Assembly (NCBI GenBank): GCA_003170155.1
Contig: PMZQ01000109.1
Location: 2,155 to 66,154 of the forward strand
Reading direction: 5' to 3'
DNA: 64,000 nucleotides
Source: Actinomycetota bacterium
GTDB taxonomy: Bacteria; Actinomycetota; Thermoleophilia; Gaiellales; Gaiellaceae
The notes beneath the pieces are model-generated. The model was not told where the DNA came from. It worked only from the letters and a program-made list of their open reading frames with translations, and ran no database searches. Every line of letters begins with the position of its first letter. Within the stretch, counting starts at the first letter, position 1. Positions 1 to 9,753 of this stretch are shown here, piece after piece. The position numbers and the translations under genes are program-made.

Positions 1-642
1 GCGGAAGACGTTCTCGAGCAGCTTCGTCATCTCGGCCGACTCGGGCGAAGAGACTTCGATAATCGTGTCGATCGAGCTGCGGTAGAGATCGGCGACCTTC
101 TTGGTCGAGGCCTCTTCGAGCCCGCCGACCACCTTGGGCGTCGTCTTGGTCGTCCAGTCCTCGCGGCCGGGATCGACGCGCTCGGGTGAGAAGGCCAGGA
201 AGAAGTCCTTGCCCTCCACGAGCCCGCTGCCTTCCTCGAGCGCCGGCCTGAGCAGGTCGCGTGTCGTTCCGGGGTACGTGGTCGACTCCAGCACCACCAT
301 CTGGCCCGGCTGCAGACGAGTCGCAATCTGCTCGATCGCGGACATGACGATCGTGAGATCTGGCTCGCGCTGCTTGGAGAGCGGCGTCGGCAGGGCGATC
401 AGGATCGCCTCGACCTCGCGCAGGGCGTCGTAGTCGGTGGTTGCCTTGAGGTGCCCAGACTCGACCAGCGACCCAAGAATCGGCGAGGGGACGTCTTCGA
501 TGTAGCTGTCGCCGTTGTTGATCCGGGCAACTCGCTCGGGACTGACATCCACGAGCAGCACGTCGTTACCGGCCTCGGCAAAGACCTGTGCAAGAGGGAC
601 ACCAACGTAACCGGCGCCGACGATTGCGACCTTTCTAGACAT
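1..642 (-). CDS. nucleotide-sugar dehydrogenase (UDP-ManNAc/UDP-GlcNAc 6-dehydrogenase family), 5' part only; continues beyond window start
   Basis: Absent from the ORF track because it runs off the edge. Manual reverse translation from ATG 642-640 gives MSRKVAIVGAGYVGVPLAQVFAEAGNDVLLVDV...LESTTYPGTT...FLAFSPERVDPG...AEMTKLLENVFR, with a Rossmann GxGxxG N-terminus. The frame stays open to nt 1. Confidence 0.85.
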   Translation of the reverse strand, partial: MSRKVAIVGAGYVGVPLAQVFAEAGNDVLLVDVSPERVARINNGDSYIEDVPSPILGSLVESGHLKATTDYDALREVEAILIALPTPLSKQREPDLTIVMSAIEQIATRLQPGQMVVLESTTYPGTTRDLLRPALEEGSGLVEGKDFFLAFSPERVDPGREDWTTKTTPKVVGGLEEASTKKVADLYRSSIDTIIEVSSPESAEMTKLLENVFR

Positions 643-693
643 ACGCAAGGAATACCCTACCGGCGCTGAAAGCCCGGAGACAGTCTATAGCGA

Positions 694-1752
694 CTAGGCT
701 CGTGCGCTCAGAGCCGTTGCGATCCGCTCGGAGGCGCGTCCGTCGCCGTAGAGCTCCGGAAGGTTCGCCGGCATACGGGCCGTAGCAACAGCCTGCGCGA
801 GCCGTTCCGGGTCGTCATCCACGAGCACATTCGCCCCCAGCTCGACCGTGTCCACCCACTCCGTCGACGGGCGCATCGTCACGCACGGCACGCCGAACCA
901 GTAGGCCTCCTTCTGCAGACCGCCCGAATCGGTGGCGATCGCTCGCGCCTGCGAGGCCAGAGCCGTCAGGTCGAGATAGCCGAGCGGCGCCAGCGCGGTG
1001 ATGTTCGGAGCAAGCGTCAGTCCTTCGCGCTCGATCGCGCCTCGCGTGCGCGGGTGAATCGGAAAGACGACTTCGCCGGCGATCGCGTTCAGGCCCTCTA
1101 CGATCCGCCCGAGCCGGGGCTGGAGCGCGTTCGCCTCGCGGTGAACGGTGGCGAGAACGAACTCCCCCGATTCCAGCGACAGCCGCCGGAGCGCATCCGA
1201 GCGCATACGCGCGAGAGGGCCGAAGAGCCGAGCCGCATCCGCCATCACGTCGCCGACCACCAGCGCCTCTCCGGCCACCTCCTCGGCGGCGAGTATCCGC
1301 TGCGAGCGCTCGTCGGGACAGAGGAGAAGCTCCGCCAGCCTGTCCACCTCGACGCGGTTACGTTCCTCCGGCATCGACCAGTCTCCCGAGCGTAGGCCCG
1401 CTTCGACGTGCGCGATACGAGCACCCGTGTCTACAGCCGCGAGTGCCCCCGCGAGCGTCGAGTTCGTGTCGCCGTAGACGAGCACCCAGTCGGGCTTCTC
1501 GGCCTCGATCGCCGCCGCGATCCCGGGCCGCATTCGCTCGATCATCTCCTCGCGCGGTAACGCGCCCGCCTCGAGTCTGTAATTCGGCTCGCCCAGCTCG
1601 AGCTCCTCGAAGAAGAGCTGAGAAAGCTCGCGATCGTAGTGCTGACCGGTGTGCAGCAAAACCTCGTCGATCCCCGTCCGCTTGAGCGCCGCCGAAAGCG
1701 GAGCCGACTTGATGAATTGAGGCCTGTTGCCGACGACGGAGAGAACCCGCAT
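694..1752 (-). CDS. wecB: UDP-N-acetylglucosamine 2-epimerase
   Basis: ORF 694..1860. The conserved N-terminus MRVLSVVGNRPQFIKSAPL...HTGQHYD begins at ATG 1752. The 36 upstream codons are Arg-rich read-through. Confidence 0.9.
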   Translation of the reverse strand: MRVLSVVGNRPQFIKSAPLSAALKRTGIDEVLLHTGQHYDRELSQLFFEELELGEPNYRLEAGALPREEMIERMRPGIAAAIEAEKPDWVLVYGDTNSTLAGALAAVDTGARIAHVEAGLRSGDWSMPEERNRVEVDRLAELLLCPDERSQRILAAEEVAGEALVVGDVMADAARLFGPLARMRSDALRRLSLESGEFVLATVHREANALQPRLGRIVEGLNAIAGEVVFPIHPRTRGAIEREGLTLAPNITALAPLGYLDLTALASQARAIATDSGGLQKEAYWFGVPCVTMRPSTEWVDTVELGANVLVDDDPERLAQAVATARMPANLPELYGDGRASERIATALSARA

Positions 1753-1917
1753 CGATCGTCTCCTTCTGCGACGTACTACGGTCAGGCGCAACAGTACGCG
1801 CTCCGACGAGGCGAGTGCTTCTCTCGGCGTAGGAGTGCCGGCTGTTCTGCCGGTCACCACGATGGCGAATCTATCTCGCGCAAGCGCCGCCGTCTCGACG
1901 CTAGAGTACGTCCCCGC

Positions 1918-1990
1918 GGGCCGTTAGCTCAGCTGGTAGAGCAGGGGACTCTTAATCCCAAGGTCGCAGGTTCGATTCCTGCACGGCCCA
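1918..1990 (+). tRNA. tRNA-Lys (anticodon CTT)
   Basis: Folded by hand: acceptor GGGCCGT/ACGGCCC, D stem GCTC/GAGC, anticodon loop CTCTTAA, T arm GCAGG-TTCGATT-CCTGC, discriminator A. No encoded CCA. Confidence 0.93.
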
Positions 1991-2010
1991 TACCCGCCGG
2001 GCTGCCGCCG

Positions 2011-3120
2011 TTAGTCCGCGAGAGCGCGCCAGCCGACGATCGAAGCGGCCACCAGCGCAACGCCGCCGACGCCGAACCCTTCGCGAGGGCCTAAGAACTG
2101 TGTGGTCGCGCCGACCAGGACGCCTGTGATCGGAGTGAGGCCGGGAAGAGCCATCGTCCAGAGACCCATAACACGCCCCCGCAGGCTCGGGTGAGGCCGA
2201 AGCTGGACGAGCGTGTTCGCCAGGGCGATCATCCAAATAGACACGAAGCCCTCGAGCATCAGTAGTGGGAACGCGGCGGCCACCACTGGAGCACAGGCGG
2301 TTGCGAGGACAGCCACCCCCGTGATCAGGCACAGCAGCCTTACCTTCCGTCCGAGGGATTGGCCTTTGGAGTAAGCGGCGGCGAAGCCTCCCGGGATCGC
2401 TCCGATACCGAAGCACGCCGTGAGGGCACCGTAGCCCATCCCGCCGAGACCGAACGTCCTCGTTGCCAGAACGGGTAGGGCCGTCCCGAGGTTGAAGATC
2501 ATCCCGGACGCGGCAGCCATCGCGAGGCAGGCGGCTATCGCCGGCGAGTGGCGCACGTAGTGGAGCCCTTCTCGAAGTGCCGACAGAGTGCGTGGCCGCG
2601 GCGAGCGCTCGGCCCGGAGGCCTCTTTCGCGATACCAGAGCAGGACGAGCAGGGGCGGGACGAACGACGCAGCGTTGACGAGGAAGCAGGCCGCCACCCC
2701 GGCAGTCGCGATCATCACGCCACCGACCGCCGGGCCGATTACCCGCGAAGCATTGATGATCACCTCGTAGAGTCCAACTGCGCTCGCGACCCGGTCGCGA
2801 CCAACGAGATTGACGACGTAGAGCTGGCGTGCGGGTTGATCGATCGCGAAGACGAACCCGTTTGCGACGGCAAGAACGAAGACCATCCACACTTGAACGG
2901 AATCGGTCATTACCAGCACGGCAAGAATGAGGGCCAGTGACCCGGCGAGCACCTGGGTGGCGATGAGAGTCTTTCGAACGTCGAGGTGATCGAGGAGCGC
3001 GCCCGCCCACGCGCTCGCGAGAAGCACCGGCCCGAACGTCGCCGCAGACAGGAGTCCCAGGTCGAGCCCGCTACCGGTGAGCTTCAGGATCAGCCACGCT
3101 TGGCCGACTGCCTGCGCCAT
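2011..3120 (-). CDS. MFS transporter (EntS/DUF894-like); true start probably upstream near 3228
   Basis: ORF 2011..3120 is polytopic and hydrophobic. The conserved TM1 region FASLRIPSFRWWFIAQILSGSGG continues in frame upstream of the first ATG, up to a TAG at 3243-3241, with no ATG/GTG/TTG in between. A CTG lies at 3228-3226. Confidence 0.85.
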   Translation of the reverse strand: MAQAVGQAWLILKLTGSGLDLGLLSAATFGPVLLASAWAGALLDHLDVRKTLIATQVLAGSLALILAVLVMTDSVQVWMVFVLAVANGFVFAIDQPARQLYVVNLVGRDRVASAVGLYEVIINASRVIGPAVGGVMIATAGVAACFLVNAASFVPPLLVLLWYRERGLRAERSPRPRTLSALREGLHYVRHSPAIAACLAMAAASGMIFNLGTALPVLATRTFGLGGMGYGALTACFGIGAIPGGFAAAYSKGQSLGRKVRLLCLITGVAVLATACAPVVAAAFPLLMLEGFVSIWMIALANTLVQLRPHPSLRGRVMGLWTMALPGLTPITGVLVGATTQFLGPREGFGVGGVALVAASIVGWRALAD

Positions 3121-3337
3121 ACCGCCTGAGCCCGACAGGATCTGGGCGATGAACCACCAGCGGAACGAGGGTATGCGCAGCGACGCGAACGCGCGGCCGG
3201 GGGACTGGGTGACGGGCGCGGCGGTCAGTTCGAGGCTACGCTACCAGGTAGCCCGGCGAGATAAAACCTGCGGCGCGGTAGCTCGCGCAGGCTGAGACCG
3301 TGCGGGGGCGAGCAGCGTAGAGGGCTTAGAACCTGAA

Positions 3338-3823
3338 TCAAAATGAGCTCTCCAGCCGTCGGTAGCAGACGAGGCAGCAAGCGATGGCAAGGAATGCTCG
3401 GTGGATCTCGTGGCTGCGGTCGTAGCGGACTAGCAATAGCTTGAAGTGGTGTAGCCAGGCGAAGGTGCGCTCGACTACCCAGCGATAGCGACCCAGTCCC
3501 GAGCCATGAGGCGTCCCTCGACGGGCGATCACCGGTTTGATCCCTCGTGATCTGACCTGGCGCCGGTAGGAGTCGTGGTCGTAGCCGCGATCGGCGTACA
3601 CCCGATCGAGTCTTTGGCGCGGCCTGCCAGCAGCTCCGCGTACAGGCGGTACCGAGTCGATCAGCGGGATCAGCCGGGTGACGTCGTTACGGTTGCCGTC
3701 TGTGACGCTGTAGGCGAGCGGGATGCCCGAGGCATCGACGAGGAGATGGTGCTTGGAACCCGCTCTGCCTCTGTCCACCGGGCTCGGGCCCGTTTCGGAG
3801 CCCCCTTTTTGTCTCGTTACACA
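3338..3823 (-). pseudogene. IS5-family (IS427-group-like) DDE transposase, C-terminal fragment only
   Basis: ORF 3338..3778 reads ...GSKHHLLVDASGIPLAYSVTDGNRNDVT...YADRGYD...RWVVERTFAWLHHFKLLLVRYDR. The same frame extends upstream as KGGSETGPSPVDRGR to a TGA near 3826. No OrfA or N-terminal part exists before the neighbouring MFS stop at 3946. Confidence 0.8.
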
Positions 3824-3945
3824 TCACCGAAAAAGCTGGCCTCTCCGAGCTCGCGCACCGCCAGCGACGCCCCGAGAAAGCGAGGGGTGATTCTCGTTGA
3901 TCGAGCTCCTTCCTGCGGCGGCTGACGCCCAACCTCGACCCTCAG

Positions 3946-5316
3946 TCAGTTCGCGACTGTCGCTGTCACACGATGCCGAGCGCCCGAAGGAACGGCGTCT
4001 TTGTCCCCGTGAGTTTGTTCGCTCGAAGCACGCTCTATGTCGCGCATGCCCGGTAGGAAGAGCGCACCGAGCGTAATAGCCGAACCGATCAGAGCCGCTC
4101 CAATGAGCGTGGCGCTAACGCCGATAACCGCGACAGCCGGAGCCGTGAGGGCGAGAGAGATCGGGACAAGACCGATCGAGATCAGCCAGTCTAGGCTCGA
4201 GACTCGGCCCAACATCCCGCTTGGAACATGGTGTTGCTTGATAGTCGCCCAGATAATCGTTCCGCCTGCCTCGAACGCGTTGAAGACAAGGCACGCCAGC
4301 ATCAACTGCCAGACGGCCGTGGCGATCCCGTATCCGGCGACTGCAAGAGTCGCCAGTGTCCACGTCACATACATGACAGTCACGTCGCGGCGCGGATGTC
4401 CGCGTTGGCCCACCCAGAACGCCGCACCAACGGCTCCGACACCACCTGCAGCGAACACAGCCCCGAGCGCGTTGGCCGATCCATGCAGGCTGTTCTTGAC
4501 CACGTAGGGAAGCAGCACCTCAGTCGGACCGAGGAAGACCAGATAGCTCACGGCAGCAGCTGCGAGCGTTCCCCAGAGCCAGACTCGCCGACGCACGAAG
4601 CTGAGGCCTTCCTTGACGGCGGCGAAGCTGGATACGGCACCCTCCTCTCGGATCGAGAACCGGGAGCGCACCATCAGAACCGCTAGTGCAGAAGCACCGA
4701 ACGACGCCGCGTCGATTGAGAAGGCAAGCCCCGGGCTGAGCGCGACAAGCACGCCGCCGAGCAGAGGGCCGGCGAGTCTGAGAGCAATCGGCCGGACGAG
4801 CTGATCGAGCGAGTTCGCCGCCGCCAGATCGGCCTTGGGAAGCAGGCTAGGAACGATTGCTTCGAAGGCCGGCGTGAAGAACGCAGTGCCGCTGCCGTAG
4901 ATCGCCACGAGCGCGATGAGCTCCCAGAACCGTAACGTGCCCGAGAGAGCGAGTACAGCCAGCGCTCCGACCGCAACCGCTCGAACAGCATCCGCGCAGA
5001 GCATGACGCGGCGGCGGTCATGACGGTCGCTCACCACTCCACCTACGAGAAGGAAGACGATGGTCGGAACTGTCATCCCGATGGCGACAATCGAAAGTGC
5101 CGCCGGGGCGTTCCAGAGCAGATAGGTCTCCCACACCATCGCGATCAAAAAGACGCCATCGCCGATTAGCGATGCCGTCATACCCATCCAGAGCACGCGG
5201 AAATCTCTGTGGGTCAGAGGAGAGATCAGGCGGGCTCTCGCGAAGCCCCCGGAGCGATCAAGCGCTTCGTGACTGTGTTGCATTGGACGCCAGGCTCCCG
5301 TTACCGACGCCTGCAA
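3946..5316 (-). CDS. MFS transporter (EntS/DUF894-like)
   Basis: 456-aa polytopic ORF with HRDFRVLWMGMTASLIGDG in TM1. Alternative start at ATG 5283. The 5' end overlaps the stop of the upstream GGDEF-EAL gene. Confidence 0.88.
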   Translation of the reverse strand: MQASVTGAWRPMQHSHEALDRSGGFARARLISPLTHRDFRVLWMGMTASLIGDGVFLIAMVWETYLLWNAPAALSIVAIGMTVPTIVFLLVGGVVSDRHDRRRVMLCADAVRAVAVGALAVLALSGTLRFWELIALVAIYGSGTAFFTPAFEAIVPSLLPKADLAAANSLDQLVRPIALRLAGPLLGGVLVALSPGLAFSIDAASFGASALAVLMVRSRFSIREEGAVSSFAAVKEGLSFVRRRVWLWGTLAAAAVSYLVFLGPTEVLLPYVVKNSLHGSANALGAVFAAGGVGAVGAAFWVGQRGHPRRDVTVMYVTWTLATLAVAGYGIATAVWQLMLACLVFNAFEAGGTIIWATIKQHHVPSGMLGRVSSLDWLISIGLVPISLALTAPAVAVIGVSATLIGAALIGSAITLGALFLPGMRDIERASSEQTHGDKDAVPSGARHRVTATVAN

Positions 5317-8300
5317 ACTCAGGTCGTCGCGAGAGGAGGTCGACCAGCGCCGCGGGAGTCATCGGGTGGCCGTACAGGTAGCCCTGTCCGAGCTCGCAAC
5401 CGAGTTGGTGCATCGAGTCCTCCTCCTCCTGAAGCTCGATCCCCTCCACGACTACTTCGAGATTGAGACTCGCGCCCAGCGTGATGATCGCGGATGCCAG
5501 AGCCTCGTTTCCATTCAGCCCCACGAACGAGCGATCCATCTTCAGGATGTCGATGGGGAACCGGCTGAGGTAACTCAGCGACGAGTAGCCTGTCCCGAAG
5601 TCGTCCATCGCCAGCCGGATTCCAAGCGCCTTGAGATCCTGCAGCCGCCGGACCGCAAAGTCGGTGTCGTCCATGATCACCGACTCGGTGATCTCGAGCA
5701 CCAGTGCCGACGGCGCCAAGCCGGTTTCCTTGAGCGCATAACGCACATCGCTGATGATCGAATCGGACTGGAGCTGACGGGCAGACAGGTTGACGCTGAC
5801 GACGAACGAGGTCATGTCACCAAACCTGGCGCGGATCTCCGCGACTTCGCGGCAAGCGCTCTCGAGTACCCAGCGGCCGATAGGAATGATGAGCGCGGTC
5901 TCTTCCGCGAGCCCGATGAACTCGTCCGGCGGAATCAAGCCGCGTGTCTTGTGATTCCAGCGCAGGAGCGCTTCCACGCCGGCGACTTCGTGCCCTTCTA
6001 GACGAACGAGCGGCTGATAGTACAGCTCGAACTGCTTCTCGTCGATTGCCTCCTGAAGCTCGGCTCGAAGCTCGAGCCGCTCGACGACACGCTCGTGCAT
6101 CTCGGGCTCGAAGAGGCGATAGCTCCCCTTCTTATCGCGTTTCGCCATATACATTGCGGCGTCGGCGTCGCGAAGCAGGTCGGCCGCGTTTGGAGTCGGA
6201 TGCTTGCGGTCGACAAGACAGATCCCAATGCTGGCTCGTGGGAAAACCTGCTTGGTATCGATCTCCATTGGGATCTCGAGCGCCTGAAGGACCCGCGTGG
6301 CCGCGTCGGCAGCCTCGGGAGAGTCCACGACTCCTTCGAGCAAGACCGCGAACTCGTCGCCCCCGAAGCGAGCGACCGTGTCGGTCGGACGAAGGATGAT
6401 TTGCAGCCTTCGGGCAACCTCCTGCAGTACGAGATCGCCGGCGCCGTGGCCAAGACTGTCGTTGACGGTTTTGAAGTCGTCCAGGTCGATAAACAGGATG
6501 GCGACATCGGGCAGCCCTCGTTGAGCACGAGCGAGCGCATGCTCGACACGATCTGAGAATAGCGCCCGGTTTGCCAACCCAGTAAGCCCGTCGTGAAACG
6601 CTTCGTGAGCTAGCTGATCTTCGAACGCCTTGCGCTCGCTCACGTCGCGTCCGTTCACGACGATCCCACGGACATGCTCGTCTTCGAGCAGGTTCGTGAG
6701 CTGCACTTGGAAGTTCATGGCTTTTCCGTCGCGGTGCATAAACGTGTACTCGACCGCGCGCGTTTCGGCCATACGCTTACCTGCGCTCTTGATCAGCTGT
6801 CCGAGTCGCGGTCGATCCTCGTCGCTCAGGATCCAGTCGAACCGTTTCCCTTCGACTTCTTCGACCCGATAGCCGAGCACGCTTTCGATCGACGGGCTCT
6901 GGTAGGTGACGATGCCATCTACGTCGAGCACAGTGATCAGGTCGCTCGAATGGGCAACAAGGGAGTGGAAGCGCGCCTCACTCTGTCGCCGGTGGAGATC
7001 CTCGGCAAGGGATACGCCCTCGAGGGCAAGCGAAACCTTCGCTCCAAGCGCCTCGAGTGCGTCGGTGAATTCGGGTGAGAGAGTCGTCGCTAAACAAACG
7101 ATGAGCAACCCTCGAACCATCGAACGGCTCGAGAGCGGAAGCACGAGCACCGTATGGCCGCTGAACAGCAGTAGGTCGCCGCGCACCGAAGCCGGAACTG
7201 CTGAATAGCGGAGCTGGCGCGACGAGGAGCTCATCTGATGGAGCCAATCTGCCGTGATCTCGTCGAGTTCCCAGCCACCTTCATCTGAAGAGGCAACCAC
7301 AGCAGCGGACCCGTCAGACACCAGTGTGAGCCGAATCGAGGCCTCCTCTTCGAGCAGGTGCTGAGTGCCCGCGATTGCGGCTTGGTAGACCTGCTCATGA
7401 CCCGCAGCTACTACGAGATCGGTTCCCGCTTCCCTGAGCGTGCGTTCGCGAGCGACGGCCCTCTCCTCTCGACGAACGAGCCCCGCCATCCTCGTAACGA
7501 CCAAGAGGAAGAGCAGCGCCGACCCGATAATGATGACTAGCACATCGGGGTTCTGAAAATCCTGGAAGAAGCGGATCGCTGGCGCAATCAAGCACGCACC
7601 ACCGAGCAACAGAAGACGTACGTTTGTCAGCCGGAGACGCGAGTCGGTCGCCGGTTCCTCGAGCGTCAGCATCGAAGGATGGAGCGCGGCCGTACCCCAG
7701 AGCAGGTAGTACGCGATCCAGCCCGCATCGAAGCTGAGCTGGTGGTGATAGGCGTTGACGAGCAGTGCGTAGTTGTAAGCGGAATCGGTCGTGAGCAAAC
7801 AGATGATGCTCGCGACGAGGAGGTAAAAAGCGGGCGCGCGCTTACCCGAGCCGACAGCGAGCCGGATCGCCGCTGCGAGCAGGAGCACGTCTCCGAGCGG
7901 GTAGAGAACCGAAACGGTCTTGGCGAGCCACGTCAGTCCGGAGAGGTGAACGTTCGGAGCAATCAGGAATACCCATGCGAGAAGACCTACGCCAATAGTG
8001 AGGATTGCCGCGTCGATCAGCGCAGCGCGATCGCGGTGCGGATTGCGCCGTCTTACGAGCACGAGCAGACCGAGCATTAGAACCGGGTAGACGGCGAGAT
8101 AGAGCGCGTCGCCGAAGGACGGGAATCCGACGTCGCCGCCGAGCAATTTCGGGTAGGTGTAGGTGTAAACGTCACCGCTGAAGAAAAGGAACTGGCCGGC
8201 GAAGAACAGCCACCAAGCCGCCCGCGCCTTCGGCTTGTTTAGCCGGATCCCGATTACGATCGCGATCGGCATCGACAAGCCGAGCGCGTTCATCAGCAGC

Positions 8301-8416
8301 GCATTGCCTGCAAGGGACGGGGCAAAGAGGTAAAGGAGCGCCAGTGTTCCCGTTATCGCCAGGTACCAGATCCAGGCAGGCGCTCTCCAGACACCGCGAA
8401 GTGTAGGACGATTCAT
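5258..8416 (-). CDS. membrane sensor diguanylate cyclase/phosphodiesterase (multi-TM N-terminus, GAF-like, PAS, GGDEF, EAL)
   Basis: 1052-aa ORF. About ten hydrophobic helices in the first 320 aa. Motifs RFGGDEFAVLL, EALLRW, DDFGTGYSSLSYL and KMDRSF are present. Confidence 0.92.
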   Translation of the reverse strand: MNRPTLRGVWRAPAWIWYLAITGTLALLYLFAPSLAGNALLMNALGLSMPIAIVIGIRLNKPKARAAWWLFFAGQFLFFSGDVYTYTYPKLLGGDVGFPSFGDALYLAVYPVLMLGLLVLVRRRNPHRDRAALIDAAILTIGVGLLAWVFLIAPNVHLSGLTWLAKTVSVLYPLGDVLLLAAAIRLAVGSGKRAPAFYLLVASIICLLTTDSAYNYALLVNAYHHQLSFDAGWIAYYLLWGTAALHPSMLTLEEPATDSRLRLTNVRLLLLGGACLIAPAIRFFQDFQNPDVLVIIIGSALLFLLVVTRMAGLVRREERAVARERTLREAGTDLVVAAGHEQVYQAAIAGTQHLLEEEASIRLTLVSDGSAAVVASSDEGGWELDEITADWLHQMSSSSRQLRYSAVPASVRGDLLLFSGHTVLVLPLSSRSMVRGLLIVCLATTLSPEFTDALEALGAKVSLALEGVSLAEDLHRRQSEARFHSLVAHSSDLITVLDVDGIVTYQSPSIESVLGYRVEEVEGKRFDWILSDEDRPRLGQLIKSAGKRMAETRAVEYTFMHRDGKAMNFQVQLTNLLEDEHVRGIVVNGRDVSERKAFEDQLAHEAFHDGLTGLANRALFSDRVEHALARAQRGLPDVAILFIDLDDFKTVNDSLGHGAGDLVLQEVARRLQIILRPTDTVARFGGDEFAVLLEGVVDSPEAADAATRVLQALEIPMEIDTKQVFPRASIGICLVDRKHPTPNAADLLRDADAAMYMAKRDKKGSYRLFEPEMHERVVERLELRAELQEAIDEKQFELYYQPLVRLEGHEVAGVEALLRWNHKTRGLIPPDEFIGLAEETALIIPIGRWVLESACREVAEIRARFGDMTSFVVSVNLSARQLQSDSIISDVRYALKETGLAPSALVLEITESVIMDDTDFAVRRLQDLKALGIRLAMDDFGTGYSSLSYLSRFPIDILKMDRSFVGLNGNEALASAIITLGASLNLEVVVEGIELQEEEDSMHQLGCELGQGYLYGHPMTPAALVDLLSRRPEFAGVGNGSLASNATQSRSA

Positions 8417-9753
8417 GCTGCCTCCTCCGCTCGCTTCGACGGCTGCAAGTCGAACCCGTTCGCGAGCTTGCCGAGAACGTCGACGAGCTGATCGATCTCG
8501 GCCTGCGAGTTCGACGCAGTGACCTGGATCCGGAAGCCCACTTCGTTTCTAGGCACGAGCGGGTACGCGGCAAGCGTTACGTAGATTCCGTTCTCGAACA
8601 GAAAACGTCCGGCAGCGCCTATGTCTTCGTGATCGGCCAGCGGAACCTCGATGATCGGGTGTCCCGAGCGGTTTGGCGTGTGAATACCGAGTTCGTCGAG
8701 ACACTCGAGAACAGTCGCGGTTTTTCGCCAAAGATCGGCACGGAGCAGATCGCCGCGCTTCTCGTTCAGGTCGAATCCGGCAAGCGTCGTCGCGAGAGAT
8801 GCGATCGGCGATGGACCCGAGTACAGATACGGAGGCGCGGCCGTCTTCAGCAGCCGCTTCAACGCCGGCGTGCAGGTCAGGAAGGCGGCGAGTGAGGAAT
8901 ACGACTTCGAGAAGCCCGAGACGAGAACAATCTGGTCGTAATTCTCGCCGAGGTGACGGACAATTCCGTTACCTCGGTTTCCGTACGGACAGAGCTCGCT
9001 CGGGTCACGCTCGCCGATCACACCGAAACCGTGGGCGTCGTCTACATAGAGCAGGGCATCGTAGGTACGTGCGAGGTGAGCAAGGACCTCGAGATCGGTA
9101 GCGTTCCCAGTCATGCTGTTGATCCCGTCAACGCAGATCAAGCGCGGCTTCGAGTTGTCCTCTAGCAAAAGCCGCTCTAGGTCGTCCGGGGCATCTGATT
9201 GAAACCGCTTGAGCGTGGCGCCCCTGGCAGCCGCGTAATGGCAGCCGTCGTAAATAGTCTTGTGAGCTCGGTTCTCCATGAAGATCGTCCCGCCGCCGGC
9301 CAGCACTGGAATGACGGACATGTGGATCAGGGTGATCGTCGGTAGCACGAGGGCGTCCTCGCAACCGAGAAGCTCGCACAAGCGCTCTTCGATCTGCTCG
9401 TACAGAACGGGGCTTCCAAGCATCCGCGACCAACTCGGATGCGTGCCCCAGCGCTCGAGGTAGGCAGGCACCGCCGCGATGATCTCGCTCTCGAGATCGA
9501 AGCCGAGGTAGTTACAGGAAGCGAAATCGGCGAGCCACCGCTCGCCGACGCGAATCATTCGGCCGTCGATCTCGTCAATGACAGCGTCCATCATCGGATT
9601 CGAGAGCTCTAGGTTCGCGAGGTCGTGGCAGGTGGAGAGCCACCTGTCGATCCAGCACTGCGACTCGAGAGCGCCCGTGATCGGCGCCGAACCGTTTCGC
9701 GACTCAGCCGTGAGTTTCACCGCGACCTTTTTCGCTACTGATCGCGTACTCAA
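8413..9753 (-). CDS. alpha-oxoamine synthase family PLP enzyme (BioF/Kbl/SPT/CqsA-like)
   Basis: 446-aa ORF with a TTG start. Motifs SCNYLGF, DDAHGFGV, and SGFSKS (PLP lysine). Its stop overlaps the downstream gene start as ATGA (8413-8416). Confidence 0.85.
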   Translation of the reverse strand: MSTRSVAKKVAVKLTAESRNGSAPITGALESQCWIDRWLSTCHDLANLELSNPMMDAVIDEIDGRMIRVGERWLADFASCNYLGFDLESEIIAAVPAYLERWGTHPSWSRMLGSPVLYEQIEERLCELLGCEDALVLPTITLIHMSVIPVLAGGGTIFMENRAHKTIYDGCHYAAARGATLKRFQSDAPDDLERLLLEDNSKPRLICVDGINSMTGNATDLEVLAHLARTYDALLYVDDAHGFGVIGERDPSELCPYGNRGNGIVRHLGENYDQIVLVSGFSKSYSSLAAFLTCTPALKRLLKTAAPPYLYSGPSPIASLATTLAGFDLNEKRGDLLRADLWRKTATVLECLDELGIHTPNRSGHPIIEVPLADHEDIGAAGRFLFENGIYVTLAAYPLVPRNEVGFRIQVTASNSQAEIDQLVDVLGKLANGFDLQPSKRAEEAA

